Part shown: positions 53,131-64,000 of the stretch, in pieces
Layout: each line of letters starts with the position of its first letter
How positions within the stretch are numbered: position 1 is the stretch's first letter
DNA from: Lama guanicoe
Lineage: Eukaryota
Direction: 5' to 3'
Assembly (NCBI GenBank): GCA_013239625.1
Contig: MU053881.1
Coordinates: 11,855,957 to 11,919,956 of the forward strand
Length of the DNA stretch: 64,000 nt
Translations under genes and position numbers: made by a program
Notes under the pieces: generated by a model
Told to the model about the DNA's origin: nothing
Seen by the model: only the letters and a program-made list of their open reading frames with translations
Database searches by the model: none

Positions 53131-54386
53131 TTTAACCACATGACCACTTCTGGTGTTTTCTACATGCTGAAATGATTCATTTGAGATGATGAATGTGTAT
53201 AGTAAAATCTGGTCATAAAATGCCTCACTATAACCCATTTTAGCTACATTTTATTTTCACCTCAGGGATTATGTAATAGAGCAAATGTGTATGCCCTGAG
53301 TAGACAAATGAAAGCTAAAAGAAAGAGTCTCTTGAATATGATTGAATAAACCATTGTAGGGAGCTGGTCAGAAGCACACTCTCACGTAAAAGGAGCCAAC
53401 AACAAGAAGAGTAATTTCACTTAATTTCAAAATCATGGTTTGTATAATTGCCTTTCTATACTTATTGTGACTTACGACTTAAGCTTCTGGAGTTCTCCCC
53501 TCCCAGAAAGCTATTTTAAATGAATAGACTTGTGTATATTCTACCACAGTACCTAGTATATGTTAGCTAAAGTAATAACGATCCTAATTTTACCTAAATA
53601 TGCTTCTAAGATTTTAAAAAGTGAGACTTTTTCATCCATGATACTGTTCTTAAATGCTTCAAAGAAGAGTATAAGTAGACTTTCATATATCTAAATAATC
53701 TTGGCTCACAAAACATACACAAAAAGTAAAATGTGGTACACTAGACTTGAAAACATTTAACGGCTATTTTTATTCCTTCAAAATTAGTCATTAAAATGTT
53801 GGGTAATATTCCCAAACAGAAATTTTATCACAGTTGCCAACACACCTCCGCCCAATAGTTGGGAGCACTTATGAAATGAATACTGAATATTGTCTATGTC
53901 ACATAATGTATATACTTAAAAGGAAGCTAATGAGTCACTCCATTATAATCAAATAGGAGAAACAGGACACACAAAGTGCACACAAGACAATCTCATATAT
54001 ACAGATGAATTGGCATGGGGCTACATACGATGTGAAAAATACACAAGGCACTCTCCTGGACATTGCAGATGTAAGGAAAAGTTTGGCAAGCTCTATGGCT
54101 GTAAGTAGCCCAGAGTCTACTGACTACCACTTTAGCCTTAAACTGTTCACTTCATCCCAGGTTCCTCTCCTTCCAGTCTCCTGCTCCATAAAACAGGTAA
54201 CTCACTTGTGTTAAATGCCAACCACATCCCAGGCTGTAAGTGCATTAACTGACATAGGCTTCACCATACACTAGGAAATAGGAATTATCTTTATTTTTAT
54301 GAATGTAGAAATTGAGACAAGCACCTACACACAATAAGAGAACTATGTTTTAAACCAGGAAGCCAGACTCCTCTAAAATGTGTCTT

Positions 54387-57300
54387 AGAGGTGTGGCCAC
54401 ATTGGTGGAGTACAAAGACCTGAGTTCAATTCCTCCTACAGGCACACCAAAATTACAACTATTTAAAGAGCAACTATCTATGAGAACAACCTGAAGACTA
54501 GCAGAAAAGATTTTCCACCAGTAAAGATATAAGGAAGGAATAACAAATGGGGTGGAGATATGATGTAGTCAAGACCCTCACCACGGGGTAGATGACCCGT
54601 GAACAGAATAATCTCAATTTCAGAAGTTCTCCCTAAGCAGTGAGGAGTCGTGTTCCACTCAGGTTCCCTGCCAACAACAGGAAATGTGCCTCCAGAATTT
54701 CTGGCTTTGAGGAGCAGCAGGACTTGCGTATGGGAAAGCCAGAGGGTAATAGGAAATAGAGATTTGCTCTTAAAGGGCATGTGTAAAATCTTACATATTC
54801 CAAGTCCTAGCACAGATGCAGTAATTTGAAAAGAGCCTGGTTCAGACTCACTGGTTGATCTTGAAGAGACTCGCAAAGAGGCAGGAGGAAACTGGGACAC
54901 CCTTGAGGACAAAGATGCTGGTGGCAGTCATTCTGGGGAGCGTGTTCTACCAGGAGGATGCTGGTGCTGACAACTACCATTTTGAAGTCACCCTCTAGTC
55001 TATTAGCACCAGACTCTTGCCTGCCCATCAGGAGTCCAGCACCAGACCTGGAAACCCCAGAATTGTGCAGGCAGCCATGCTAGAACCCAGCTATACTTAC
55101 CAGCAAGCTAGCAGCCACTGCATAAAGCAGGTCCTGGCAGGCAATAATACCAGGGGCCAGCCCCACTTACTAGAGTGACCACAGTTAAGGGCCCTGCCAC
55201 AATAGAAGGGGCCACATGGTCAAAACAGGAGGCACCCCTAGAACATATCGCTGTTGTGACAAGAAGAGTGTGCTGCTAGGCTCCAAAGGACATTTAATAC
55301 ATAAAGCCACTTCACTAAGATCAGGAAATGTAACTGGCTTACCTAATATATAGAAATAAACACAGAGAATTAGGCAAAATGAGGAGACAGAGGATTATGT
55401 TCCAAACAAAGGAACAAGACAAATCTCAGAGAAAGAACTAAACAAAGTGGACATAAGTAATCTATCCAATAAAGAGCTCAAGGTAACAATCATAAAGATG
55501 TTCAATGACTTCAGGAAAAGAATAGATGAAGAAAGTGAGAATTTTAACAGAGTTAGAAAATATAAAGAAAAACCAAACAGCTGAAGAATACATAACTGAA
55601 ATGCAGAGTTGTTAAAATACATTCAAATTTAAGAGGTCATCAACTTAAAGCAAATGTATATATATCTATATATGCTGTGATACAGGAACCTCATGGTAAT
55701 GACAAATCAAAAACCCATAGTAGATACACACACACAAAGAAAAGAGATCCAAACAAAAAAGATAATCATAAAATCTCAAGGGAAGAGAGCAAAAGAAGAA
55801 GGAAAAATAAACTACAAAACAACCAGAAAACAAGTAAAAAAATAATGGCAATAAGTACATACTTATCAATAATTACCTGAAAAGTAAATAGACTAAACGC
55901 TCCAATGAAAAGGCACAGAGTGGCTGAATGATTTAAAAGAAAAAAAAAGATACAAGACCCATTCATATGCTGCCTAGAAGAGACTCATTTCAAATTTTAA
56001 GACACATATAGACTGAAAGTGAGGGATACAGAAAGATATTCCATATAAATGGAAATGAAAAAGAAAGTGGGATAGCAATAATTATATCAGACGAAATAGA
56101 CTACAACAGATTTGTAACAAGAGACAAAGAAGGACATTACATAATGATAAAGGGATCAATCCAACAAGAAGATACAACAATTGTGAATATATATATGCAC
56201 CCAACATAGCAGCACCAAATACATAAAGCAAATATTAACAAAGGGAGAAGTTGATGGTAACACAATAATAGAAACTTTAACACACCACTTAACATCAATG
56301 GACAGATCATCCAAAAAGAGAATCAGTAAGGAAACACTAGCCTTAGAGGACACATTAGATTAGATGAGTTTAACATATACATACAGAACATTCTATTGAA
56401 GAATAGCAGAATAGACATTATTTTCTAGTGCACTGGAACATTCTACAGGATAGATCACATGCTAGGCCACAAAGGAAGTCTCAAAAAATTTATGAAAATT
56501 GAAATCGTATCAAGCATCTTTTCTGACCACACCAATGTCACCATAGAAATTAACTATAAGAAAAAAATTGCAAAAACTACAAACATGGAGGCTAAACAGC
56601 ATGCTACTAAACAACAAATGTGTCGCTGCAGAAATCAAAGAAGAAACAAAACATACCTGGAGTCAAATGCAAGTGAAAACACAAGGATCCAAAATCTATG
56701 GGATGCAGTAAAAGCAGTTCTAAGAGACAAGTATATGGCAATACAAGGTTACCTCAAGAATTAATAAAAATCTCAAACAACCTAACCTTATATCTAAAGG
56801 GACTAGAAAAAGAAAAACAAAACCCAAAGTCATTAGAAAGAAATCATAAACATCAGAGTAGAATTAAACATATTTAAAAATAGAAAAAGATCAATAAAAC
56901 TAAAATCTTCTTCTTTGAAAAGATAAGCAAATTGATAAAACTTTAGCCAGACTAATCAAGAAATAAAGTTAGCCCAAATAAAATCAGATATGAAAAAGGA
57001 GGAGTTAAAACTGATGCTATAGAAATTAAAAGGATAAGGCATTACTACAAATAATTATACTCCAATAAAATGGACACCAAGGAAAAAAATGGATAAATTT
57101 CTAGAAATGTACAATCTCCTCAAGACTGAATCAGGAAGACATCGAAAATAGGGACAGACCAGTTACTAGCAAGGAAATTGAATTGGTAATAAAAAAAACA
57201 GTCCAACCAACAAAGGCCCAGGACAGCTTCAGTGGTGAATCTACCAAACATTTAAAAAAAAAGAGTTGATGCCTATCATCTTAAACTATCCTAAAAAACT

Positions 57301-60300
57301 GAGGAGGAATGAACACTCCTGAACTCATTCCACAAGGCTGTCATCACCCTGACAACAAAATCAAAGGTAACACACATATACACACTAAAATTACAGGCCA
57401 ATGTCCCTGATGAACACAGATGAAAAATTCTCAACAAAATGTTAGCAAACCAAATTCTATAATACATTAAAAGGATCATACACCATGACTAAATGGGATT
57501 TAGCTCAGAGATGAAAGGATGATTCACTATCTACAGGTCAATTAGTGGGATATATACCATGCTAACATATTGAAAAATAAAAATTGCATTATCATCTCAA
57601 TAGGTGCAGAAAAAGTGTTTGGCAAAATTCAACATTCATTTCTGATAAAAGTTCACACCAAAGTGGGTATAGAAGTAACATATCTTAACATCATAAAGGC
57701 CATATATGACAAACCGATAGCCACCATTACCCTCAATGGAAAAAAAAACTGAAAGCATTTTCTCTAAGACCAGCAACAAGGATACCCACTCTCAGCACTC
57801 TTATTCGACATAGTATTAAAAGTTATTGCCCCAGCAATCACACAGAAAAAGAAATAAAAGGAATCCAAATTAGACAGGAAGAACTAAAATAGTCTGTTTG
57901 CAGATAACATGAAACTATGCATATAAAGTCCTAAAGATGCCACAGAAATCTACTAGGACTAACACATGAATTCAGTAAAATTGCAGGATACAAAATAAAT
58001 ATACAGAAAATGGCTGTTTCTATACACTAATACTGAACTATGAGAAAAAGAAATGAAGAAAACAATCCAATTTACAATTGCATCATAAAGAATAAAATGC
58101 CCAGAACGAATCTAAGGAAGTAAAATATTTGTACTTGGAAAACTGGAAGATTGATGAAACTGAAGACAGCACCAAAAAAATGGAGTGGTGTACCATGCTC
58201 AGGGATGGAAGAATTAATATTGCTAAAATGACTGCATTACTCAAGGCAATCTGTAGATTCAGTGCAGTCCCTTTCAAAATACAAAATACAAATGGCATTT
58301 TTCACAGAACTAGAATAAATAATTCTAAAATTTAAATAGAAACACAAAGTACCCCACATAGCCAAGACAATCATGAAAAAACAAAGCTAGAAGTGTCACG
58401 CTCCCTGATTTCAAACTATACTAAACAGTTACCGTAATCATAACAGTATGGTATCGGCACAAAAACAGACACGTGGGTCAATGGAAAAGAATAGAGAGCC
58501 CAGAAATAAATCCCCAGACTTATGGTCAATTAATCTTTGACAGAGGAGGCAAGAATATACAATAGGAGATAAGACAGTCTCTTCAGCAGGTGGTGCTGGG
58601 AAAACTGGACAGCTGTATGTTAATCAATGAAGTTAGAACTCTCCTTCACACCATATACAAAAGTAAAACTCAAAATGGCTTAAAGACTTACATGTAAGAC
58701 AGGACACTATATACCTCTTAGAAGAAAACATAGGCAAACTATTTTCTGACCTAATCTTAGCAATTTTCTTCTAGGGCAGTCTACCTGGGCAATAGAAATA
58801 AGAGCAAAAATAAACAAATGGGACCTAATTAAACTTACAAGCTTTTGCACAGCAAAGGAAACCATAAGCGAAACAAAATAATAACCTGTGGAATGGAAGA
58901 AAATATTTGCAAATGATGTGACTGACAAAGGCTTAATTTCCAGAATACATAAACAGCTCATACAGCTTAGTAACAACAACAAAAGACCCAATCCAAAAAC
59001 AGGCAGAAGACCTAAGCAAGCAATTCTCCAAGGAAGACTTACAAATGGCCAACAGGCACATGAAAAATTGCTCAATATGGCTCATTATTAGAGAAATGCA
59101 AATCAAAGCTACAATGAGGTATCACCTCACACCAGTCAGAATGGCCTTCACTCAAAAGTCCACTAACGATAAATGCTGGAGAGGGTGTGGAGAAAAGCGG
59201 ACTCTCCTACACTGTTGGTGGGAATGTAGTTTGGTGCAGCCATTGTGGAAAACGGTATGGAGATTCCTTAAAAAACTGAAAATAGACTTACCCTATGATA
59301 TGGCAATCCCACTCTTGGGCATATATCCAGAGCAAACTGATTGAAAAAGATACATGCATCCCAATGTTCACAGCAGCACTACTTACAATAGCCAAGACAT
59401 GGAAGCAACCTAACTGTCCATCAACAGATGACTGGATAAAGAAGTTGTAGTATATTTATACAATGGAACTCAAGTCAGCCAGGAGAAAAATAAAATAAAA
59501 TAATGCCACTTGCAGCAACATGGATCAACCTGGAGATCATTCTAAATGAAGTAAGCCAGAAAGAGAAAGGAAGATACCATATGATACCACTCATATGTAG
59601 AATCTAAAAAAAAATTTTTTTGAAGACAAATGAATTTATTTACAAAACAGAAACAGATTCACAAACATAGAAAACAAATTTATGATTACCGAGGGGAAAG
59701 GGAGTCGGAAGGAATAAATTGGGAGTTTGAGATTTGCAGATATTTGCTACTATATATAAAATAGATATACAACACGTTTCTTCTGTGTAGCACAGGAAAC
59801 TATATTCAGTATCTTAAAGTAACCTATAATGAAAAACGATATGAAAACTAACGTATGTACATATATGTATGACTGAACCATTATGCTGTACACCAGAAAT
59901 TCTCACAGCATGGTAAACTGACTTCAATAAAAAAAAATGAAAAAGGAAAAAAAATGTAATCTTGCCATTTGCAACATGGATGGATCTAGAAAGTAATATG
60001 CTAGAAAATAAGTCAAACAGAGAAAGAAAATCATATGGTATCATTTACATGTGGAATCTAAAAACAAAATGAAAACAGACTCAGAACAAATGGATGGTTA
60101 TCAGAAGGAATGGGTTTGGGGGTTGGGCAAAATAGGTGAAGCAGATTAAGAGATAAACCTCCAGTTATATAATACATAAGTTACAGAATATACAGCGTAA
60201 AGAGTAAGTTCAAGAATACTGTGATCACTTTGTACAGGGAGAGATGGTTAAAAGACTTATGGTGATCATTTCATAATGTATATAAATGTCACATCCTCAA

Positions 60301-60359
60301 TGTAGTATACCTGAAGCCAACATAATACTGTATGCCAACTGTATTTCAATTGTAAAAAA
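54387..60359 (+). mobile_element. Near-full-length composite L1 (old 5' UTR, deleted ORF1, ORF2, young 3' UTR to 59937, old 3' UTR remnant about 59950-60359)
   Basis: ORF2 start MAISTYLSIIT about 55845; EN (DHMLGHK, SIFSDH); RT; C-terminal [19 protein letters not shown]...AIPLLGIYP (59045-59344); two poly(A) ends. Confidence 0.95.
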
Positions 60360-62216
60360 GCTTCCCAAAAAATGAAACATTTTATTATGTCACTCCTTTG
60401 AGTAATAACCAGGATGGCTTGCTGTTCCAGCAGTGTTACCTGTCTGCCCACTTTTTGAGCTTTTCCCTAAGTCCCCTATCTTCCTTGGTAAACTTTTACT
60501 CCTCCCCTGCCTGACAACTTGACTCCAGTTTTTCTCCTTTTCCAGAAGTGACTCTCTCCTTCGATCATGCTCTCCCTTTAGCACAAAACCTGCCCTACAT
60601 AGCCACACTCCTACTCTGACTTCTAAAAAGCTTTGCCCATGTTTGATATCTCTCTGAAGCTCTGTTCATATATTTTATCTCCAAATCACTAAAACTCACT
60701 TATCACACAGAGATTATTCTAGAATATAGAAGTTATCTTCTCATTTACTTACTTCTGTTTCTCATGTCTGTTTAACTAATATGTCCAAACCAAGTCTTAG
60801 CTTGCAGAAACATATACCACATAAACTAGCATAATATTGAGTACTGAGTGTTAATTTACATTTTATTGATAGATTAACGCCAATGTTGCATGCATTATAC
60901 TTTTTGGAAAAGCACAAATATCTGCTCAAGTACTTAAAGTAAAAAACAAAAAAAACACAAAGAAAGGTTTTCCTTTTTTACCTTGACAAAAGGGGATGCT
61001 TTTAAGAGAGCATTTATATAAATTGAAGAAACATTTATCCCAGTATTTCAGGTACTAGTATATTGTTGAGTACCAAAAAACAAAACCTTTAAGGCCATGA
61101 TGTTTCCAGTTGGCTGTCCACAATGATTGAGAGGGAAAGGCAATTTAGCTTTCACCTCTGTAAAACCTGTGTGTTTTCTAGTGAAATTACTCAGTTGAAC
61201 TCAGAGATTTATAACTCTTTTCCCATAGCTAGCCAAACATGGTAAATTTATTGTCTAAAAGTAGGCATGTTTGACCTCTGACCAAGATATGTGAAAAGGC
61301 TCTCATTTCGTGGACAGTCTTTACAGCAACTTATTGTTAATGTATTTTAATGCTTTAAGATTTCTGAGGCACAGTGCTGAAATCTAAAGTTTCCCTTTAG
61401 TGTCAAGGTTTTCATCTTAATGTGTTCAAGTCTTTCCCAGAAGCATGACACATTGAGGTACTTGTATTGGTACGATCTACTCCTAATTTTACCTTATTGC
61501 AATTCTAATGATTTCTCGTTTTGAATTTAAAACATCCAATTAGTTTATGATGTCAAGGGAGAATTCTAGAAAATCTGCTTGGCCAGCAAACTTACCATTT
61601 TGAAACGGACTGATTAAGAACCAAACAAAGGGCTTTAGCTAGCTAGCTTAATTGAAACTGATGAGTAATATGAAACATTTAAAGAGAAGTGAGGACACAG
61701 AACCTCACTAACTCAAGAGCTTGGTACCGAAGGAAATGCTCTTTCTCCTTGAAGTTACAGCTATTCAGGATTCAGTGTGGAAGCTGTCAACATTTGAAGA
61801 CAGACAGGGTAATATTAGGACAGTAAACTGGTGAAGGCTCTCCATGTTTTTAGTTGCCAACTATCATCAGAACTTAATTTTGAAGGCTCCATTTTCAATG
61901 ACAACTAAATAATTATCCATTCAAGGCTAGTTCTGATGGTGATTTTAGTGGCAGTAGGTGATTTTTTAAAGGTTTCGTGTTCTCTGAAACGTGGGTATCT
62001 TCAAATAGAAGGAGAAATGCCACAGTTTGGCCATCTGGTTGTTAATTCGGATTTTACCTAAAATGTTTCTATTAAATCATTAAACTAGACCCTACTTCTT
62101 TGGTCTATCAATGTATATGGACTCCCTAGAAAGGTCAAGATCTGTTAGCCATTTTTATTTATGTTATCTCATTTGATCTCAACAAAACATGAAGTAAGTA
62201 TTATTATCTGTTTTAT

Positions 62217-62415
62217 TTTATTTTTTAAACATTTTTTATTGATTTATAATCATTTTACAATGTTGTGTCAAATTCCAGTGTTCAGCACAATTTTTCAGTC
62301 ATTCATGGACATATACACACTCATTGTCACATTTTTTTCTCTGTGAGTTATCGTAGACTGGGATTTCAAAATTGTAGAATAGATAAACAAGATTACACTG
62401 TATAGCACAGGGAAA
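62217..62415 (-). mobile_element. Young 5'-inverted L1 insertion within a minus-strand MIR (about 62100-62560)
   Basis: TSD tatctgttttat at 62205-62216 and 62416-62427; 62217-62352 is the L1 3' tip on minus, 62353-62415 is upstream 3' UTR on plus. Confidence 0.88.
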
Positions 62416-63392
62416 TATCTGTTTTATATTTTACTGAGGTTGTGAACAGCTGTAACTTGGTAAAGTCAGTGACGATGACAATGAAAATAACAAAATGCTG
62501 ATAAATGGTGAGATTGGATATGATTCTAATCTGTCTTCAAGAGCTGTATGTTTTCTGTTACACTATGGTTGCATATTCTACAAATAATCAAAAGTGCTGG
62601 GGCTTGATTTAGGTAAGTTTTATTTGCAGTTGAAAATTCTGAAGGCAAACTGCAAACTTCAACTTTAAAAGTTCATTTCATTAGAATCATTTTTAGCCCA
62701 GGCAACATATATTGTTCAGAATCTAGGGATTTTTAATAAAAATGTCTTCAAGATTGAACTTGAAAAAGTTTCAGAATATAAACTTCAGCCACTTCTTGGT
62801 AGCTGAATTATTACATGAATAGTTTCTTCATGTCTTGCAAAGAAGTGGTCTCCTCATTGAACGTGGGTCTAGAAGAATGTTGAGAACATTTATGTCCTTA
62901 TCAGACATAAACAAAATGCTTTCTATAATCAAAAGGATTATAACCAAGGTTTTAATTCTGGAAGTATTTCATGAGGGGACAAGCATTTTTTTCCAAGCAT
63001 AATTTTTGTTGTGACAGCAACCAATGAAATTTTGATGCATCTATATAAGATGATTTAGAAAACTTTTCCCTAAAAACATTTGCTTATGGAGGAAGGGGTA
63101 AGTTCATGCCAAAATAAACTAGCATGGTAAAAATGATTCTTTCCTCTGTTTTACTGCCATTTCACCTCCACTATCCAGACACAGACTGCCTATGCAAAAA
63201 TCAAACAAAACATCCAAACAAGGTCAGGCATCAGTCCAACAGGGTTTAGCATTGCAGTGATAAAAAAAACATGGGTCATTAAAATTTTCAATTTGGGGCT
63301 GTATTTTTGGGAGATACTACCTAAAGAATACCCACGTGCAAATTTCATGTATCATTTATTGAACACCCATTATGTGCAAAACATCATACCAA

Positions 63393-63600
63393 ATCATCAG
63401 ACTCTTTTTGTAAACAACTATTTTTGGACTCTGAGATATATGATCTCTTTCCTAGGTACTCAACATAAAAGCAACTGTAGTATAAAAGCAACTGTAAAGA
63501 ATACTTAATGACTGACATGCTATGTTACAATAAAGCTTTATTTGAAAACACAGGTAGTGGGCTAAATTTGGGCAGAGAACTGTAGTTTTGCTGACTTCTA
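63393..63600 (-). mobile_element. MER58A-like hAT-Charlie MITE
   Basis: 'caataaagctttatttgaaaacacaggtagtgggctaaatttggg...tgtagttttgctgacttct'. Confidence 0.75.
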
Positions 63601-63644
63601 CTATATACCTTTGAGGCATAGAAAAACTGAGTGACCAACATGTA

Positions 63645-64000
63645 ATTAAAGAACTCAAACCACCAAAAAATTGTCAGAACTTTTAAACAATTGCAGTAGA
63701 ATTTCAGGATACAAAATCAATATACAAAAATCAGTTGCATTTCTGTAACACCAGCAACAAACTATCAGCAAAAAAAACTTAAGAAAATAATCACATTCAC
63801 CGTAACATTAAAAGGATAAAATGCTTAAAAATAAACTTAGCCAAGAAGGTAAAAAGATCTGTACATCTAAAATTACAAGAAAATTATCAAGGAAATTGAA
63901 GACACGGATAAATGGAAAGAGACTCTGTGTGCATGGATTAGAAGAATATCCTTAAAATACCCATACTACTCAAAGTGATCTACAGATTCAAGGCAATTCC
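63645..64000 (+). mobile_element. L1 ORF2 fragment (post-RT), continues beyond the window
   Basis: 'caggatacaaaatcaatatacaaaaatcagttgcatttc' (GYKINIQKSVAF), 'aaatggaaagag...atggattagaaga', 'atctacagattcaaggcaattcc'. Confidence 0.9.

Noticed and set aside
63465..63496. 15-bp direct repeat ataaaagcaactgta
   Set aside because: Local duplication within the MER58A-like element; only two copies, not an array
1..64000. CRISPR array, tRNA/rRNA/snRNA gene, processed pseudogene or endogenous non-retroviral element
   Set aside because: I saw no regularly spaced repeats, structured-RNA signature or long non-L1 coding remnant by eye; Infernal/Rfam and TBLASTX searches would be needed to exclude diverged cases

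Overview
This is AT-rich, CpG-depleted placental-mammal genomic DNA, intronic or intergenic, not prokaryotic or viral. The young L1 3' ends (e.g. 8966-9468, 59345-59937, 62217-62415) and the absence of Alu, B1, Bov-tA/A2, PRE-1 or SINEC point to a laurasiatherian, most likely a camelid; this is recalled from consensus sequences, not searched. Roughly half the window is transposon fossil. It holds three decayed near-full-length LINE-1s (7914-14350 minus; 42704-48546 plus; 54387-60359 plus), several L1 fragments, L2s, MIRs, MaLR/ERVL LTRs, one MER41-like ERV1 solo LTR, and Tigger/hAT DNA transposons, often nested. Nearly all ORFs in the track are L1 debris or chance ORFs. I recognise no named gene, RNA gene, CpG-island promoter or CRISPR array, and I found no convincing new biological system. 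The best observations concern mechanism: a probable 1.5-kb L1 3' transduction inside an L2, a chimeric old/young L1 with two 3' ends, a twin-priming inversion, a 25-nt L1 insertion with a perfect 15-bp TSD, templated and fold-back repair scars, and a three-level transposon nest. There is also a weak, phase-compatible minus-strand exon chain and a candidate conserved enhancer. Subfamily names and most repeat edges were assigned by eye and are approximate.
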